A program made the translations under genes and the position numbers. A DNA stretch of 64,000 nt from Pseudomonadota bacterium. Lineage in GTDB: Bacteria > Pseudomonadota > Alphaproteobacteria > Acetobacterales > Acetobacteraceae. The stretch is taken from the NCBI GenBank assembly GCA_021781835.1, contig JAJXWD010000002.1:21288-85287 (forward strand). Reading direction: 5' to 3'. Positions 18,932-28,049 of this stretch are shown here, piece after piece; position 1 is the stretch's first letter, and the number at the start of each line of letters is the position of its first letter. The notes beneath the pieces are model-generated. The model did no database searches, was not told the DNA's origin, and saw nothing but the letters and a program-made list of their open reading frames with translations.

Positions 18932-19726
18932 TTGCGCGTGCATTTCGCAGCCTGGTGGGGACGGCTGACGATGGACAGTCCGGGCCTCGCGCCGACCACG
19001 TCTTTATTGGGAATAGATTTCAGCAACATCACCGAAGAGGCGGCGGTGCGCCGGGTGCTGGCCCGGCCCGTGGCCGCGCGCTTTGGCTATGTGGTGGCGC
19101 CAAATGCCGACCATATCGACCGGCTGATGCGGATACCACGGCTGCAAGCCGTTTACCGGCGGGCGATGCTGTGTTTGCTTTCCTCCCAGATGGTGGCGAC
19201 GGCGGCCGGGCTGTTTGGGCTTGAGCACCCCGGCGTGGTGACCGGCGCACGCCTGACCACCGCCCTGCTGCCGCATTTGGCGGGCATGAGGGTGGCGGTG
19301 GTGGGCATGAAAGACAAGGATTTTGCCAGGGTGCGGGCCTGTTACCCGCTGGTTGAGTTTGTGCACCACGAGCCGCCGATGGCGCTGCTCGACAATGACG
19401 AGGCTTTTGGGGAGGCCGTGGCGTTTGTGTGCCGGGCGCGGGCGGCGTTTACGTTTTTTGCCGTCGACTCGCCGGTGCAGGAGCTGCTGGCCTTCAGCGT
19501 GGCCATGCGCCCCGAGGCCGTGGGAATTGGGCTGTGTGTGGGCGCGGCGCTGGAACAGGCGGTGGGGGTGCAAGAAACCGCCCCGCGCTGGATGAGCGAG
19601 CACGGGCTGGAATGGCTGCACCTGCGGGGCCTTGAGCCGATGCGGCGGGTGGGGCGCTATATGCTGGCCGATCCGCGGGTGCTGGTGGCGCTGGGGGTGG
19701 CGGCGATCCGACAAAAAATCCACTGA
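18932..19726 (+). CDS. WecB/TagA/CpsF-family glycosyltransferase homolog (degenerate motifs)
   Basis: LLGIDF, VAPNADH, HHEPP, SPVQE, LCVGAAL, APRWM..GLEWL and EP..GRY. Strong GGAGG SD before TTG 18932. Confidence 0.8.
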   Translation: MRVHFAAWWGRLTMDSPGLAPTTSLLGIDFSNITEEAAVRRVLARPVAARFGYVVAPNADHIDRLMRIPRLQAVYRRAMLCLLSSQMVATAAGLFGLEHPGVVTGARLTTALLPHLAGMRVAVVGMKDKDFARVRACYPLVEFVHHEPPMALLDNDEAFGEAVAFVCRARAAFTFFAVDSPVQELLAFSVAMRPEAVGIGLCVGAALEQAVGVQETAPRWMSEHGLEWLHLRGLEPMRRVGRYMLADPRVLVALGVAAIRQKIH

Positions 19727-19771
19727 TTTTTTGAAAACTCGCTTATAAGACTCCGGCAACGGAGGCGGGTG

Positions 19772-20053
19772 GTGGAGCTTACCGCGGACAGGCGCAAGGG
19801 GAGCGAGGATTCACTCTGGGCGGTGGTGGCGGTGATTGGCCGCGTCATCCGCATTGCCGAGATTTACCCCAGCCGGGCGGCGGCGCTGCGCGACTTGGCA
19901 TGGCGCGAGGGCGAGGTGCGGGCCTATGCCGGGTTTTTGGAGCGCGCCGGGCAGGTGGTGCCACGCTATATTGTCCGCCCGATCCGGCGGACAGACCTGC
20001 CACGGCGCTGGAAGCCGCTGCCGGCGCTGGGGTTTTTGAACGGCAATTGGTGA
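19772..20053 (+). CDS. Small hypothetical protein
   Basis: SD GGAGG before GTG, protein-like composition, fills the gap before map. Confidence 0.65.
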   Translation: MELTADRRKGSEDSLWAVVAVIGRVIRIAEIYPSRAAALRDLAWREGEVRAYAGFLERAGQVVPRYIVRPIRRTDLPRRWKPLPALGFLNGNW

Positions 20054-20134
20054 AACCCGGCATGGCAGGCTTGTTTTGCCGTGGCGGGCGCGCATGTGGT
20101 AAGGCGGCTGGGTGTTTTTTAAGGTGATTTGACG

Positions 20135-20935
20135 ATGGATGGTGGTGCCGACTCACGGCGGATCAAGATTCACGGCCCGGATGATTTCGTGCCCATGCGC
20201 GCGGCCGGGAAGCTTGCCGCCGAGACGCTGGACATGATCGGCGAATATGTGGTGCCGGGTGTGACCACCGAGCGGCTGAACCAGCTTTGCCATGATTTCA
20301 TTCAAGAGCATGGGGCGATTCCGGCGCCGCTCAATTATCGCGGCTTTCCCAAATCCATCTGCACCTCGATCAATCATGTGGTGTGCCACGGGATTCCGGG
20401 TGACAAGAAGCTGGTGGATGGGGATGTCGTCAACATTGATGTCACGGTCATTCTGGATGGCTGGTACGGGGATTCGAGCCGCATGTATGTGGCGGGCGAG
20501 GCTTCGACCAAGGCCAAGCGGCTGATCGAGGTGACGTATGAGTCGCTCATGCGCGGCATTGCCGTGGTCAAGCCCGGCGCCACGCTCGGCGATGTGGGGC
20601 ATGCCATCCAGTCTTACGTCGAGGGGCAGCGTTTTTCGGTGGTGCGCGATTTTTGCGGCCACGGCATTGGCCAGAAATTTCATGAGCCGCCCAACGTGCT
20701 GCATTTTGGCCGAAAGGGCGAGGGCGCCGTGCTTAAGGCGGGCATGTTTTTCACCATCGAGCCGATGGTGAATGCCGGTCGGCCGGAGGTGAAGGTGCTC
20801 GATGATGGCTGGACCGCCGTGACGCGCGACCGCTCGCTCTCGGCGCAGTTTGAGCACATGATCGGCGTGACCGAGACGGGATGCGAGATTTTCACCCTCT
20901 CGCCCAAGGGCTACACGCTGCCGCCTTATGTGTAG
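20135..20935 (+). CDS. map: Methionine aminopeptidase type I
   Basis: SICTSINHVVCHGIP, DVT..DSSR, GHGIG..FHEPP, FTIEPM and SAQFEH. Confidence 0.98.
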   Translation: MDGGADSRRIKIHGPDDFVPMRAAGKLAAETLDMIGEYVVPGVTTERLNQLCHDFIQEHGAIPAPLNYRGFPKSICTSINHVVCHGIPGDKKLVDGDVVNIDVTVILDGWYGDSSRMYVAGEASTKAKRLIEVTYESLMRGIAVVKPGATLGDVGHAIQSYVEGQRFSVVRDFCGHGIGQKFHEPPNVLHFGRKGEGAVLKAGMFFTIEPMVNAGRPEVKVLDDGWTAVTRDRSLSAQFEHMIGVTETGCEIFTLSPKGYTLPPYV

Positions 20936-20943
20936 GCTGCTTG

Positions 20944-20977
20944 GTATTGGGCATGAAAAAGTATTGGGCATGAAAAA
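20944..20977. repeat. 17-bp direct tandem repeat, two copies
   Basis: GTATTGGGCATGAAAAA occurs twice, immediately before the terminator stem. Confidence 0.9.
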
Positions 20978-21003
20978 ACCGGCGGGGTTTTGGCCCCGCC
21001 GGT
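20973..21003 (-). terminator. Intrinsic terminator of rpoN-hpf
   Basis: 10-bp stem ACCGGCGGGG/CCCCGCCGGT followed by U6 on the minus strand. Confidence 0.85.
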
Positions 21004-21019
21004 CACGTGGTGAAAAAAT

Positions 21020-21616
21020 TCAGGCGGCTGGGTCGATCCAGCCGACATTGCCGTCGGTACGGCGGTAAACCACGTTCAGCTCATTGGTTTTGGCGTTGCG
21101 AAACATCAGCACCGGGGTGAAGGCGAGGTCGAGCTTCATCACCGCGTCGCGCACGCTCAGCGTTTCGATGGCGGTGGCCGATTCGGCGATGACCATGGCG
21201 CTCAACGCCTCGGCCGCGGTGGGCGCGGGTTTGGCGGTTATGTCTTCGTGGTCGGGTTCGGCCTCGGGGACAAGCACATATTGGCGGCCATTTTGCGGCT
21301 TGGCGCGGTTGCCGGCATCGCGCGCATGCTCGGACACACGGCGGCGATAGCGGCGGAGGCGGGTGGCGATGTGCTCGGCGGCATCGTCAAAGGCGGCATG
21401 GGCGTCAGCGGCCTCACCCTCGCCCCGCACGGTTATGCCACGCCCGGCATGCAAATTGATGTCGCAGGTGAAGAAATTTCGCGCCTTGCTGAAGGTCACA
21501 TGCGCTTCGAGCGCGGCGTCAAAATATTTGGACGTAATGGTGTCCAGGTTTTTGCCAACATGAACGCGCAGGGCGTCTGACAGTTCAACCTGTTTGCCTG
21601 AGACCGTAAGTTGCAT
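21020..21616 (-). CDS. hpf: Long-type hibernation promoting factor (sigma54 modulation protein)
   Basis: MQLTVSGKQ..KYF, AFDDAAEHI..RLRRYRRR, C-terminal DAVMKLDL..FRN..NVVYRRTDGNVGWID; downstream of rpoN. Confidence 0.95.
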   Translation of the reverse strand: MQLTVSGKQVELSDALRVHVGKNLDTITSKYFDAALEAHVTFSKARNFFTCDINLHAGRGITVRGEGEAADAHAAFDDAAEHIATRLRRYRRRVSEHARDAGNRAKPQNGRQYVLVPEAEPDHEDITAKPAPTAAEALSAMVIAESATAIETLSVRDAVMKLDLAFTPVLMFRNAKTNELNVVYRRTDGNVGWIDPAA

Positions 21617-21672
21617 GGTCTTCTCCCGACTAGAATGGCTCGATTATGGCGGGGTTTGCTTAACCCCCCGTT

Positions 21673-23175
21673 TTAAGCGGGCTGTTTCTCCCGCTTACGC
21701 TGCGCCGAGCCTGGAATACGCAACGCTTCCCGGTATTTGGCCACGGTTCTTCGTGCGATGTCTATGCCTTCTTTTTGCAATAGTGCCGCGACGGCATCGT
21801 CTGATAAAATATTTTCCGGCCGTTCGGCGCCGATGATCTGGCCGACCCGGTGACGCACGGTTTCGGCCGAGTGGGTTTCGCCATTGGCCCCGGCCAGGGC
21901 GGTGGTGAAAAAGAATTTCAGCTCGAAAATGCCGCGCGGCGTGGCGATGGATTTGTTGGAGGTGGCGCGCGAGACGGTGCTTTCATGCAGCTCGACCTCG
22001 GCCGCGATGTCGCGCAGCGTGAGCGGGCGCAGATGCGAGATGCCGTGGCGGAAAAATCCATCCTGGCGGCGCACGATCTCGGCGGCGACGCGCAAAATCG
22101 TCTGGCTGCGCGATTCGAGGGCTTTGACCAGCGCGCTGGCGTTTTGCATCTGCTCGGAGAGGAAGCCGCGCGTCTCGCGCGAGCCAGAGGCCAGCATACG
22201 GGCATGAAAACCACGGCGGATGAGCAGGCGCGGCATGGTTTCGGGGTTGATTTCGAGCAGCCAGTCGCTCTCGGTGGCCTCGGTGGCGGGGGCTTTGCGC
22301 ATCAGCACATCGGGGATCAGTGGGCGGAGCGGCTCGAAATCAAATCCGGCGCCGGGTTTGGGGTCGAGCCGTTTGATCTCGGCGATCATGTCGGCGAGGT
22401 CTTCGGCATCCACCCCGCAAATTTCCTGCAACTGGCGCAGCTCGCGCCGGGCCAGGCGCTCGAGATTTTCGAGCAGGGCGGCCATGGCGGGGTCGAGGCG
22501 GTTTTTTTCGGCCAGTTGCGCGGCCAGGCACTCGGCCAGGGAGAGGGCGAACAGGCCCGGCGGCTCGAAGCGCAGCATTTTGGCGCGCACGGCCTCGACC
22601 TCCGCCAGGCTCACACCGAGCTGGGTGGCGATGACGCTGGGGGCTTCGGCGAGGCGGCCGGCTTCGTCGAGCGCGGCGATGAGGGCCTGGGCGATGAGGC
22701 GCGCCGTGGGGGTGGCGAAGGTGAGGCGCATCTGGCCTTCCAGATGCTCGCGCAGATTTGGACGCTCGGCGCCCAGCGCCTCGATGGCGTTCCACTCATC
22801 GCCATCCTCGGAGACGGAGCCGCCGCCAGAGGCGCCGTAGCCATCGGCGTTGGTGCCGGGATCGTAGAGAGTGGCGGGGTCGAGATCGAGGGGGGCCTCG
22901 TTGGCGGAGGGCAGGAATTCGGAGGCCGTGCCGCTGGCGGCGTCGCTCTCGGGGGAGAAGGCTGGCGTGTCGGCGGGGGGCGCGGCGGGGGCGGGGGAAC
23001 TGCCATCATCGCGCTCAAGTAGCGGATTTTTCAGCAATTCATCTTCAAGATAGCTGGCCGCCTCCAGGTTTGAGAATTGCAGCAGCTGGATGGCTTGGCG
23101 CAGTTGCGGTGTCATCACCAGCGACTGCGATTGGCGCATATCCAGACGCGGCCCGAGGGAGGGAGCAAAAGCCAT
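21673..23175 (-). CDS. rpoN: RNA polymerase sigma-54 factor
   Basis: MTPQLRQAIQLLQ, ELHESTVSRAT and the RpoN box ARRTVAKYR. Confidence 0.98.
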   Translation of the reverse strand: MAFAPSLGPRLDMRQSQSLVMTPQLRQAIQLLQFSNLEAASYLEDELLKNPLLERDDGSSPAPAAPPADTPAFSPESDAASGTASEFLPSANEAPLDLDPATLYDPGTNADGYGASGGGSVSEDGDEWNAIEALGAERPNLREHLEGQMRLTFATPTARLIAQALIAALDEAGRLAEAPSVIATQLGVSLAEVEAVRAKMLRFEPPGLFALSLAECLAAQLAEKNRLDPAMAALLENLERLARRELRQLQEICGVDAEDLADMIAEIKRLDPKPGAGFDFEPLRPLIPDVLMRKAPATEATESDWLLEINPETMPRLLIRRGFHARMLASGSRETRGFLSEQMQNASALVKALESRSQTILRVAAEIVRRQDGFFRHGISHLRPLTLRDIAAEVELHESTVSRATSNKSIATPRGIFELKFFFTTALAGANGETHSAETVRHRVGQIIGAERPENILSDDAVAALLQKEGIDIARRTVAKYREALRIPGSAQRKREKQPA

Positions 23176-23223
23176 GCCAGAAGGCTAGCGCGTTTTTTGG
23201 GCGGCGCAAAGCATTTTACGGGC

Positions 23224-23241
23224 TTGGCCCGGAATGTGCAT
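23224..23241 (+). promoter_or_regulatory. Sigma54 -24/-12-like site antisense to rpoN (candidate autorepression site)
   Basis: TTGGCCCGGAATGTGCAT gives GG-N10-GC. It lies just upstream of a TAAAAT -10-like element on the minus strand (23213-23218). Confidence 0.5.
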
Positions 23242-23475
23242 AAATATTTGTGCGTTTGCACAATGGTGCCGGCTGCGCGGCGCGGGGGCGGGTTGTTTTG
23301 ATTTTCTGCTGTTATTTAAAGATAATGTGAGAAGCTTGGGGCGCGGGGGCGCAACCATGCTGTGGCGGCCAAGGGGGGTTCAAGGGCTTGGAGCGCGGAA
23401 AAGCCCTGGCATGGACATGCGGTTTTTGCATGGCTTATGCGTGCGTGGCCGGGCCGTGGGGGCCCGGCCTATTGG

Positions 23476-24216
23476 TTACAGGCTGAAGCGCTCGCCCAGA
23501 TAGACGCGCCGGACATCCTCATGCGCCACGACCTCGGAAGGCTGGCCTTCCATCAGCACCTGGCCGTCATAGAGAATATAGGCGCGGTCGATGATCTCGA
23601 GCGTCTCGCGGACATTATGGTCGGTGATCAGCACGCCGAGGCCGCGATGTTTGAGATGCGAGACCAGATCGCGGATTTCGCCGACCGCGATGGGGTCGAT
23701 GCCGGCCAGCGGCTCATCGAGCAATATGTAATTGGGGCCGGTGGCCAGGGCGCGGGCGATTTCGACGCGGCGGCGCTCGCCGCCCGAGAGGGCAAGCGCC
23801 GGGGTGCGGCGCAGATGCGAGATGCTGAACTCGGCCAGCAGCTCGGAGAGGATTTCCTCGCGCCGGTCGCGGTCGGGCTCGACCACATCGAGCGCGGCCA
23901 TGATGTTTTGCTCGACATTGAGGCCCCGGAACACGCTGGCCTCTTGCGGCAGATAGCCAATGCCCAGGCGCGCGCGCCGGTACATGGGCAGGGAGGAGAT
24001 CTCGGTGCCATCGAGCGAGATGATGCCGCTATCGGGGGCGATGAGCCCGACGATCATGTAGAAAGTGGTGGTTTTGCCCGCGCCGTTGGGGCCGAGCAGG
24101 CCCACCGCCTCGCCGCGTTTGACGTGCAGCGAGACATCGCGCACCACCGGGCGCTTTTTGAAGCGCTTGCTGAGCGAGGTGGCATAAAGCCCCTCGCGGG
24201 ATATATCGACGGTCAC
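23476..24216 (-). CDS. lptB: LPS export ABC transporter ATPase
   Basis: GPNGAGKTT, YLPQEASVF, LSGGERRR, LLDEP and ITDHNVRETL. Confidence 0.98.
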   Translation of the reverse strand: MTVDISREGLYATSLSKRFKKRPVVRDVSLHVKRGEAVGLLGPNGAGKTTTFYMIVGLIAPDSGIISLDGTEISSLPMYRRARLGIGYLPQEASVFRGLNVEQNIMAALDVVEPDRDRREEILSELLAEFSISHLRRTPALALSGGERRRVEIARALATGPNYILLDEPLAGIDPIAVGEIRDLVSHLKHRGLGVLITDHNVRETLEIIDRAYILYDGQVLMEGQPSEVVAHEDVRRVYLGERFSL

Positions 24217-25148
24217 TTCGTGTCTCCCGAACCCGGCGTGATGGTGCCAGAGACCTGGCCGCCCGGCCCCGCCAGCAGGGTGGCGGTGCCTGATTTCATG
24301 TCAACCAGCGCATCGCCGCCGGCAAGCTCGTTTTGGCCTTGGATGATATGGACATTGCCCCCCAGCCGGGCCTGCTGCGTGGCCGCGAGATACACGCCGC
24401 GATCGCCGGTGACGGTGTCGGTTTTGGTGCGGACGATGACATGGCCCACCGCCTCGACCCGCTCAAGCCCGCCGCTTTGGCCAAGGCCCGAAAGCGAATC
24501 GGCGCTGGTGGCGTTGCCGCCGGCGGGGGTGAGGTAGGCGGTGATGACATCGGCCTGGATGGAGCGGCCATCCTGGGTGGTGATGAGGGCGTTGCCGCGT
24601 GCCACCGCCATATGCTGGTCGGCGTAATATTCAACCGAATCGCGGGCGGTGAGGGTGTCTTGCGGGGTGGTGAGCTTGAGATTCTGGCCGGTGAGCACCA
24701 GCACCGCCGATTTCAGGCTGTAAATCGCCTTGTCGCCCCAGGCATTATCGGTGGCGGTGAAAATATGCACATTGCCCGTGGCTTCGAGCGTGTCGAGCTG
24801 GGCGTTGCCCTGGTCAAACGGGGTGGCGCCAGCGCTTGATGCCGCGGGCGTTGCCGCAGGGGGCTGGGTGCTGGGCGCGGCTTGGGGGGTGGGCGTGGCG
24901 GCCGGGGTGGGGGCTTTGAGGTAATGGGCGATGAGCTGATCGGCCTCGATCGTCACATTTCCGCGCACGGCCTTGGCATTGCCCGAGGCGGTGACGGTCT
25001 GGGCGTCTTGCGACCAGGACATGCCGCCGGTGGCGGTTATGTGCACGGGCAGAGGCACGCCGTCGGGAGTGGCGCCGAGATTGAGCTCCTGCGCGGCGGC
25101 GGGCGAACCGGCCAGCATGGCCAGCAGAAAAAAGAGTGACTTGGTCAT
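24213..25148 (-). CDS. lptA: LptA/OstA-family periplasmic LPS transport protein
   Basis: Signal peptide, jellyroll-type motifs (ASGNAKAVRG, GNVHI, GDRGVY); ATGA-coupled to lptB. Confidence 0.85.
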   Translation of the reverse strand: MTKSLFFLLAMLAGSPAAAQELNLGATPDGVPLPVHITATGGMSWSQDAQTVTASGNAKAVRGNVTIEADQLIAHYLKAPTPAATPTPQAAPSTQPPAATPAASSAGATPFDQGNAQLDTLEATGNVHIFTATDNAWGDKAIYSLKSAVLVLTGQNLKLTTPQDTLTARDSVEYYADQHMAVARGNALITTQDGRSIQADVITAYLTPAGGNATSADSLSGLGQSGGLERVEAVGHVIVRTKTDTVTGDRGVYLAATQQARLGGNVHIIQGQNELAGGDALVDMKSGTATLLAGPGGQVSGTITPGSGDTK

Positions 25149-25798
25149 GGCGCCTGCGTGAGTGTGAGGTCGACGGGACCTTTGAAGCTGATCCCCGCGC
25201 CGCGATCAACCACCTGGAAACCATTCTGGGCGCTGAGCGTGCCAAACGGCCCCTGGGCCTGCACCGGCGCGCTGCCTTGGGCGGTGCCATCGCGCAGGTC
25301 CAGCGCGGCGGCGCTGGTGGTCATGGTGGTGCCGTCATTGCGGTACAGCGTGACGGTACCCGATAATTCGAGCTGGTCGGTATCTTGGTGATAAAGGCCC
25401 GATTGGGCCTTGAGCATCAGCCAGGTGCCGGATTTGAGGCTGATATCGGCCTCGGGGTTGGTGAGCGTTACCAGGTTGGTCTGCGACTGGATGGCCGTGT
25501 CGGCGGTGATGGTGAAGGGGTTACCCTGCTGGTCGGTGCCATGATAGGTGGCGCCCAGCAATTTTGAGGTGGGGGCGGGGCCGGAGCCGTCGCTTACCTG
25601 ATAGGCGACGCGGTTGCCATCGGGCCCCAGGCGCAGGGACGGGACGATCACCAGCGCCACCAGCAGCAGCGCCGCCACCACTGGTAACAGTTTTTTGGCC
25701 CAGGCCACGCGCAGGCTGCGCTTGGCGAGCTGGCCCATATCCGCTGAATCATGGCGGTGGAGGGTTTCGAGAATGCTGTCGCGCCGCGGCCGGTTCAT
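25145..25798 (-). CDS. lptC: LPS export protein LptC
   Basis: One N-terminal TM segment, Y.GTD.QG.PF.ITA, A..G.Y, GPFG.L; precedes lptA. Confidence 0.85.
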   Translation of the reverse strand: MNRPRRDSILETLHRHDSADMGQLAKRSLRVAWAKKLLPVVAALLLVALVIVPSLRLGPDGNRVAYQVSDGSGPAPTSKLLGATYHGTDQQGNPFTITADTAIQSQTNLVTLTNPEADISLKSGTWLMLKAQSGLYHQDTDQLELSGTVTLYRNDGTTMTTSAAALDLRDGTAQGSAPVQAQGPFGTLSAQNGFQVVDRGAGISFKGPVDLTLTQAP

Positions 25799-25944
25799 GC
25801 TGCCCTCATCATGGCTGTGGCGCCAGCCCCCGCCCGGTTTTGCCGCGCCAAGCGTGAGCGTACCACCAAATGCCCGCGGGCGGGGGGCTTTGTTGGCGCG
25901 CCCGGCACGCGGGGGGTAGGGCTCTGACCACGATTCATGGGCGT

Positions 25945-25973
25945 GATATGGCCAGCGGCGCCGGGCAGGTCAA
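25945..25973 (-). promoter_or_regulatory. Sigma70-type promoter for lptCAB
   Basis: Minus strand reads TTGACC-N17-CATATC. Confidence 0.6.
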
Positions 25974-26005
25974 CATGAAGGCGGTAACGAACGGAAATAG
26001 CGGCC

Positions 26006-26635
26006 TCAGTGCGAGAAGAGGTCGGGCTCTTCATAGCCGAGCAGGTCGAGCTGGGCGCGGGTGGGCAGAAATTCATAGGCGGCCTGAGCAATGGCCGTGC
26101 GGTTCTCCCGCGCGAGCAGCGACTGGAGGCGGGACCAGATGGTGTGCAGATGGAGCACGTCTGAGGCGGCGTAGGTGAGCTGCTCGGGGCTCAGCTCGGC
26201 GGCGCCCCAGTCGCTGGTTTGCTGCTGCTTGGAGATTTCGACACCGGCCAGGTCACGGCACAGATCCTTGAGGCCGTGGCGGTCTGTGTAGGTACGCACG
26301 AGCTTGGAGGCGATTTTGGTGCACACCACCGGCGCGGTGACCACGCCCAGGGCGTTATAGAGCGCCGCGATGTCGAACCGCGCGAAATGGAACAGCTTGG
26401 TGACGTTGGGGTTGGCGAGCAGCGCCTTGAGGTTGGGGCAGTTGGCGCCCTGGCCGCCGAGGCGCTCGGGGATGATTTGCACCAGATGGGCGGTGCCGTC
26501 GCCGCTCGAGAGCTGCACGAGGCACAGACGGTCGCGCCGCGGGTCCAGGCCCATGGTCTCGGTGTCGATGGCGACGATGGGGCCCAAATCGAGGTCCGCC
26601 GGAAGATCATGCTTGTGCAGCGTAATCCCGTTCAT
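26006..26635 (-). CDS. rnd: Ribonuclease D-like 3'-5' exonuclease
   Basis: AIDTET (ExoI), LCLVQL, FHFARFD, CTKIASKL, SDWG and YAASDV. Confidence 0.9.
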   Translation of the reverse strand: MNGITLHKHDLPADLDLGPIVAIDTETMGLDPRRDRLCLVQLSSGDGTAHLVQIIPERLGGQGANCPNLKALLANPNVTKLFHFARFDIAALYNALGVVTAPVVCTKIASKLVRTYTDRHGLKDLCRDLAGVEISKQQQTSDWGAAELSPEQLTYAASDVLHLHTIWSRLQSLLARENRTAIAQAAYEFLPTRAQLDLLGYEEPDLFSH

Positions 26636-26664
26636 CTTGTCACCTTAAATACAGAGAGAAAAAG

Positions 26665-26751
<87 letters not shown>

Positions 26752-26813
26752 TTACCATTTGCTCGGCGGCTTGTGTCCGCTCCGCGTCGGGTGCCGCAGC
26801 ACCGTGGGACGGG

Positions 26814-26842
26814 CGTTTAATGCCCGCTGAGGGCGCCGTCAA
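26814..26842 (-). promoter_or_regulatory. Candidate tRNA promoter
   Basis: TTGACG-N17-TAAACG followed by a GC-rich discriminator. Confidence 0.55.
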
Positions 26843-26905
26843 CTCCGCTTGAGCGAGAAAGATGCCGAACCTACATTTTATTGGCAGGCAAAGGGGTATG
26901 AAACC

Positions 26906-27832
26906 ATGAATTTGGAGCGGAAAACCGCGGTTATTTTTGGGGCGGCGGGTTTTTTGGGGCGCCATGCGGTGGCGGAGCTGACGCGGGGCGGGTGGAGCGT
27001 GCGCGCCGGGGTGAGGCGTTTGGCGGGGACGGAATTTTTGCGCGAATTGGGCGCGGCGCCTGTGTTGGCGCCGCTCGAATCGCCCGAGGCCACGGCGCGC
27101 GCGCTGGAGGGGGCGGCGTTGGCGGTTAATCTGGTGGGCATATTGGCCGAGGCCCGGCCGGGCGATTTTGTCCGGCTGCATGCCGAGGCCGCCGGGCGGC
27201 TGGCGGCGCAGGCCGCCGCCGCGGGGGTTGCGCGATTCGTGCATGTCTCGGCGATCGGCGCCGATCCGGCGGCGGACAGCCTCTATGCCGCCAGCAAGGG
27301 TGAGGGTGAGCGGCTGGTGCGCGCGGCTTTTCCGGAGGCGGTGATTTTGCGCCCCTCGGTGATGTTTGGGGCCGGAGACAGTTTCTTCAACCGATTCGCC
27401 GCGATGGCGCGGCTACTGCCGGTGATTCCCATTGTTGGCGGAGCGGTGAGGTTTCAGCCCGTTTATGTCGGCGATGTCGCCGCCGCGATCCGGGCCGCCG
27501 CCGAGCCGGGGCGCGAGGGGCGGGTGTTCGAGCTGGGCGGGCCGGATGTGGTGAGCTTTCATGAGCTGATCGCGCGGGCGCTGCGCTATAGCGGCCAGCG
27601 ACGGCTGATCTGGGATATGCCGGTGGGGGTGGCGAAGCTCCAGGCCATGGTGCTGGAGCGACTGCCCGGCAAATTACTGACCCGCGACCAGATAAAGCTG
27701 CTGGGCCGCGACAATGTGGCGGCGCCCGATATGCCGGGGCTGGCGGCGCTGGGCATTGCGCCGACCGCCATCGAGCGGGTGGTGCCCGATGATCTTGCCC
27801 GTTTTCGCGGCCAGGGTGGGGGTAAAAAGTAA
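26906..27832 (+). CDS. Complex I NDUFA9-like NAD(P)-binding protein
   Basis: FGAAGFLGRH, VNLVGIL, HVSAIGA, YAASKGEGE, RPSVMFG and FQPVYVGDVA. Confidence 0.9.
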   Translation: MNLERKTAVIFGAAGFLGRHAVAELTRGGWSVRAGVRRLAGTEFLRELGAAPVLAPLESPEATARALEGAALAVNLVGILAEARPGDFVRLHAEAAGRLAAQAAAAGVARFVHVSAIGADPAADSLYAASKGEGERLVRAAFPEAVILRPSVMFGAGDSFFNRFAAMARLLPVIPIVGGAVRFQPVYVGDVAAAIRAAAEPGREGRVFELGGPDVVSFHELIARALRYSGQRRLIWDMPVGVAKLQAMVLERLPGKLLTRDQIKLLGRDNVAAPDMPGLAALGIAPTAIERVVPDDLARFRGQGGGKK

Positions 27833-28049
27833 CTTTTTAGGTATTGGTATCAAACCGGACATTTTAGAGGGAAAAGCGCGAGGTGTTGGGGTTGGTTTGA
27901 TCTGAAAAAATGATAAAAAAGGACAGTAAATAAACCCTATTATTAAAAAAATCCTGGTAATCCGCGAAAAACTGGGGTAAGACGCCCTCGATCTTCACCA
28001 GGGCGGCGGGCGGATGCTGGCCGCGCCAATTTTTGACGAGGGCTGAGCC

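Noticed and set aside
20944-20977. Possible CRISPR repeat
   Set aside because: Two adjacent 17-bp copies with no spacer and no cas genes.
23257-23271. Sense-strand sigma54 promoter for rpoN (GGCACCATTGTGCA)
   Set aside because: GG-to-GC spacing is 9, not the required 10.
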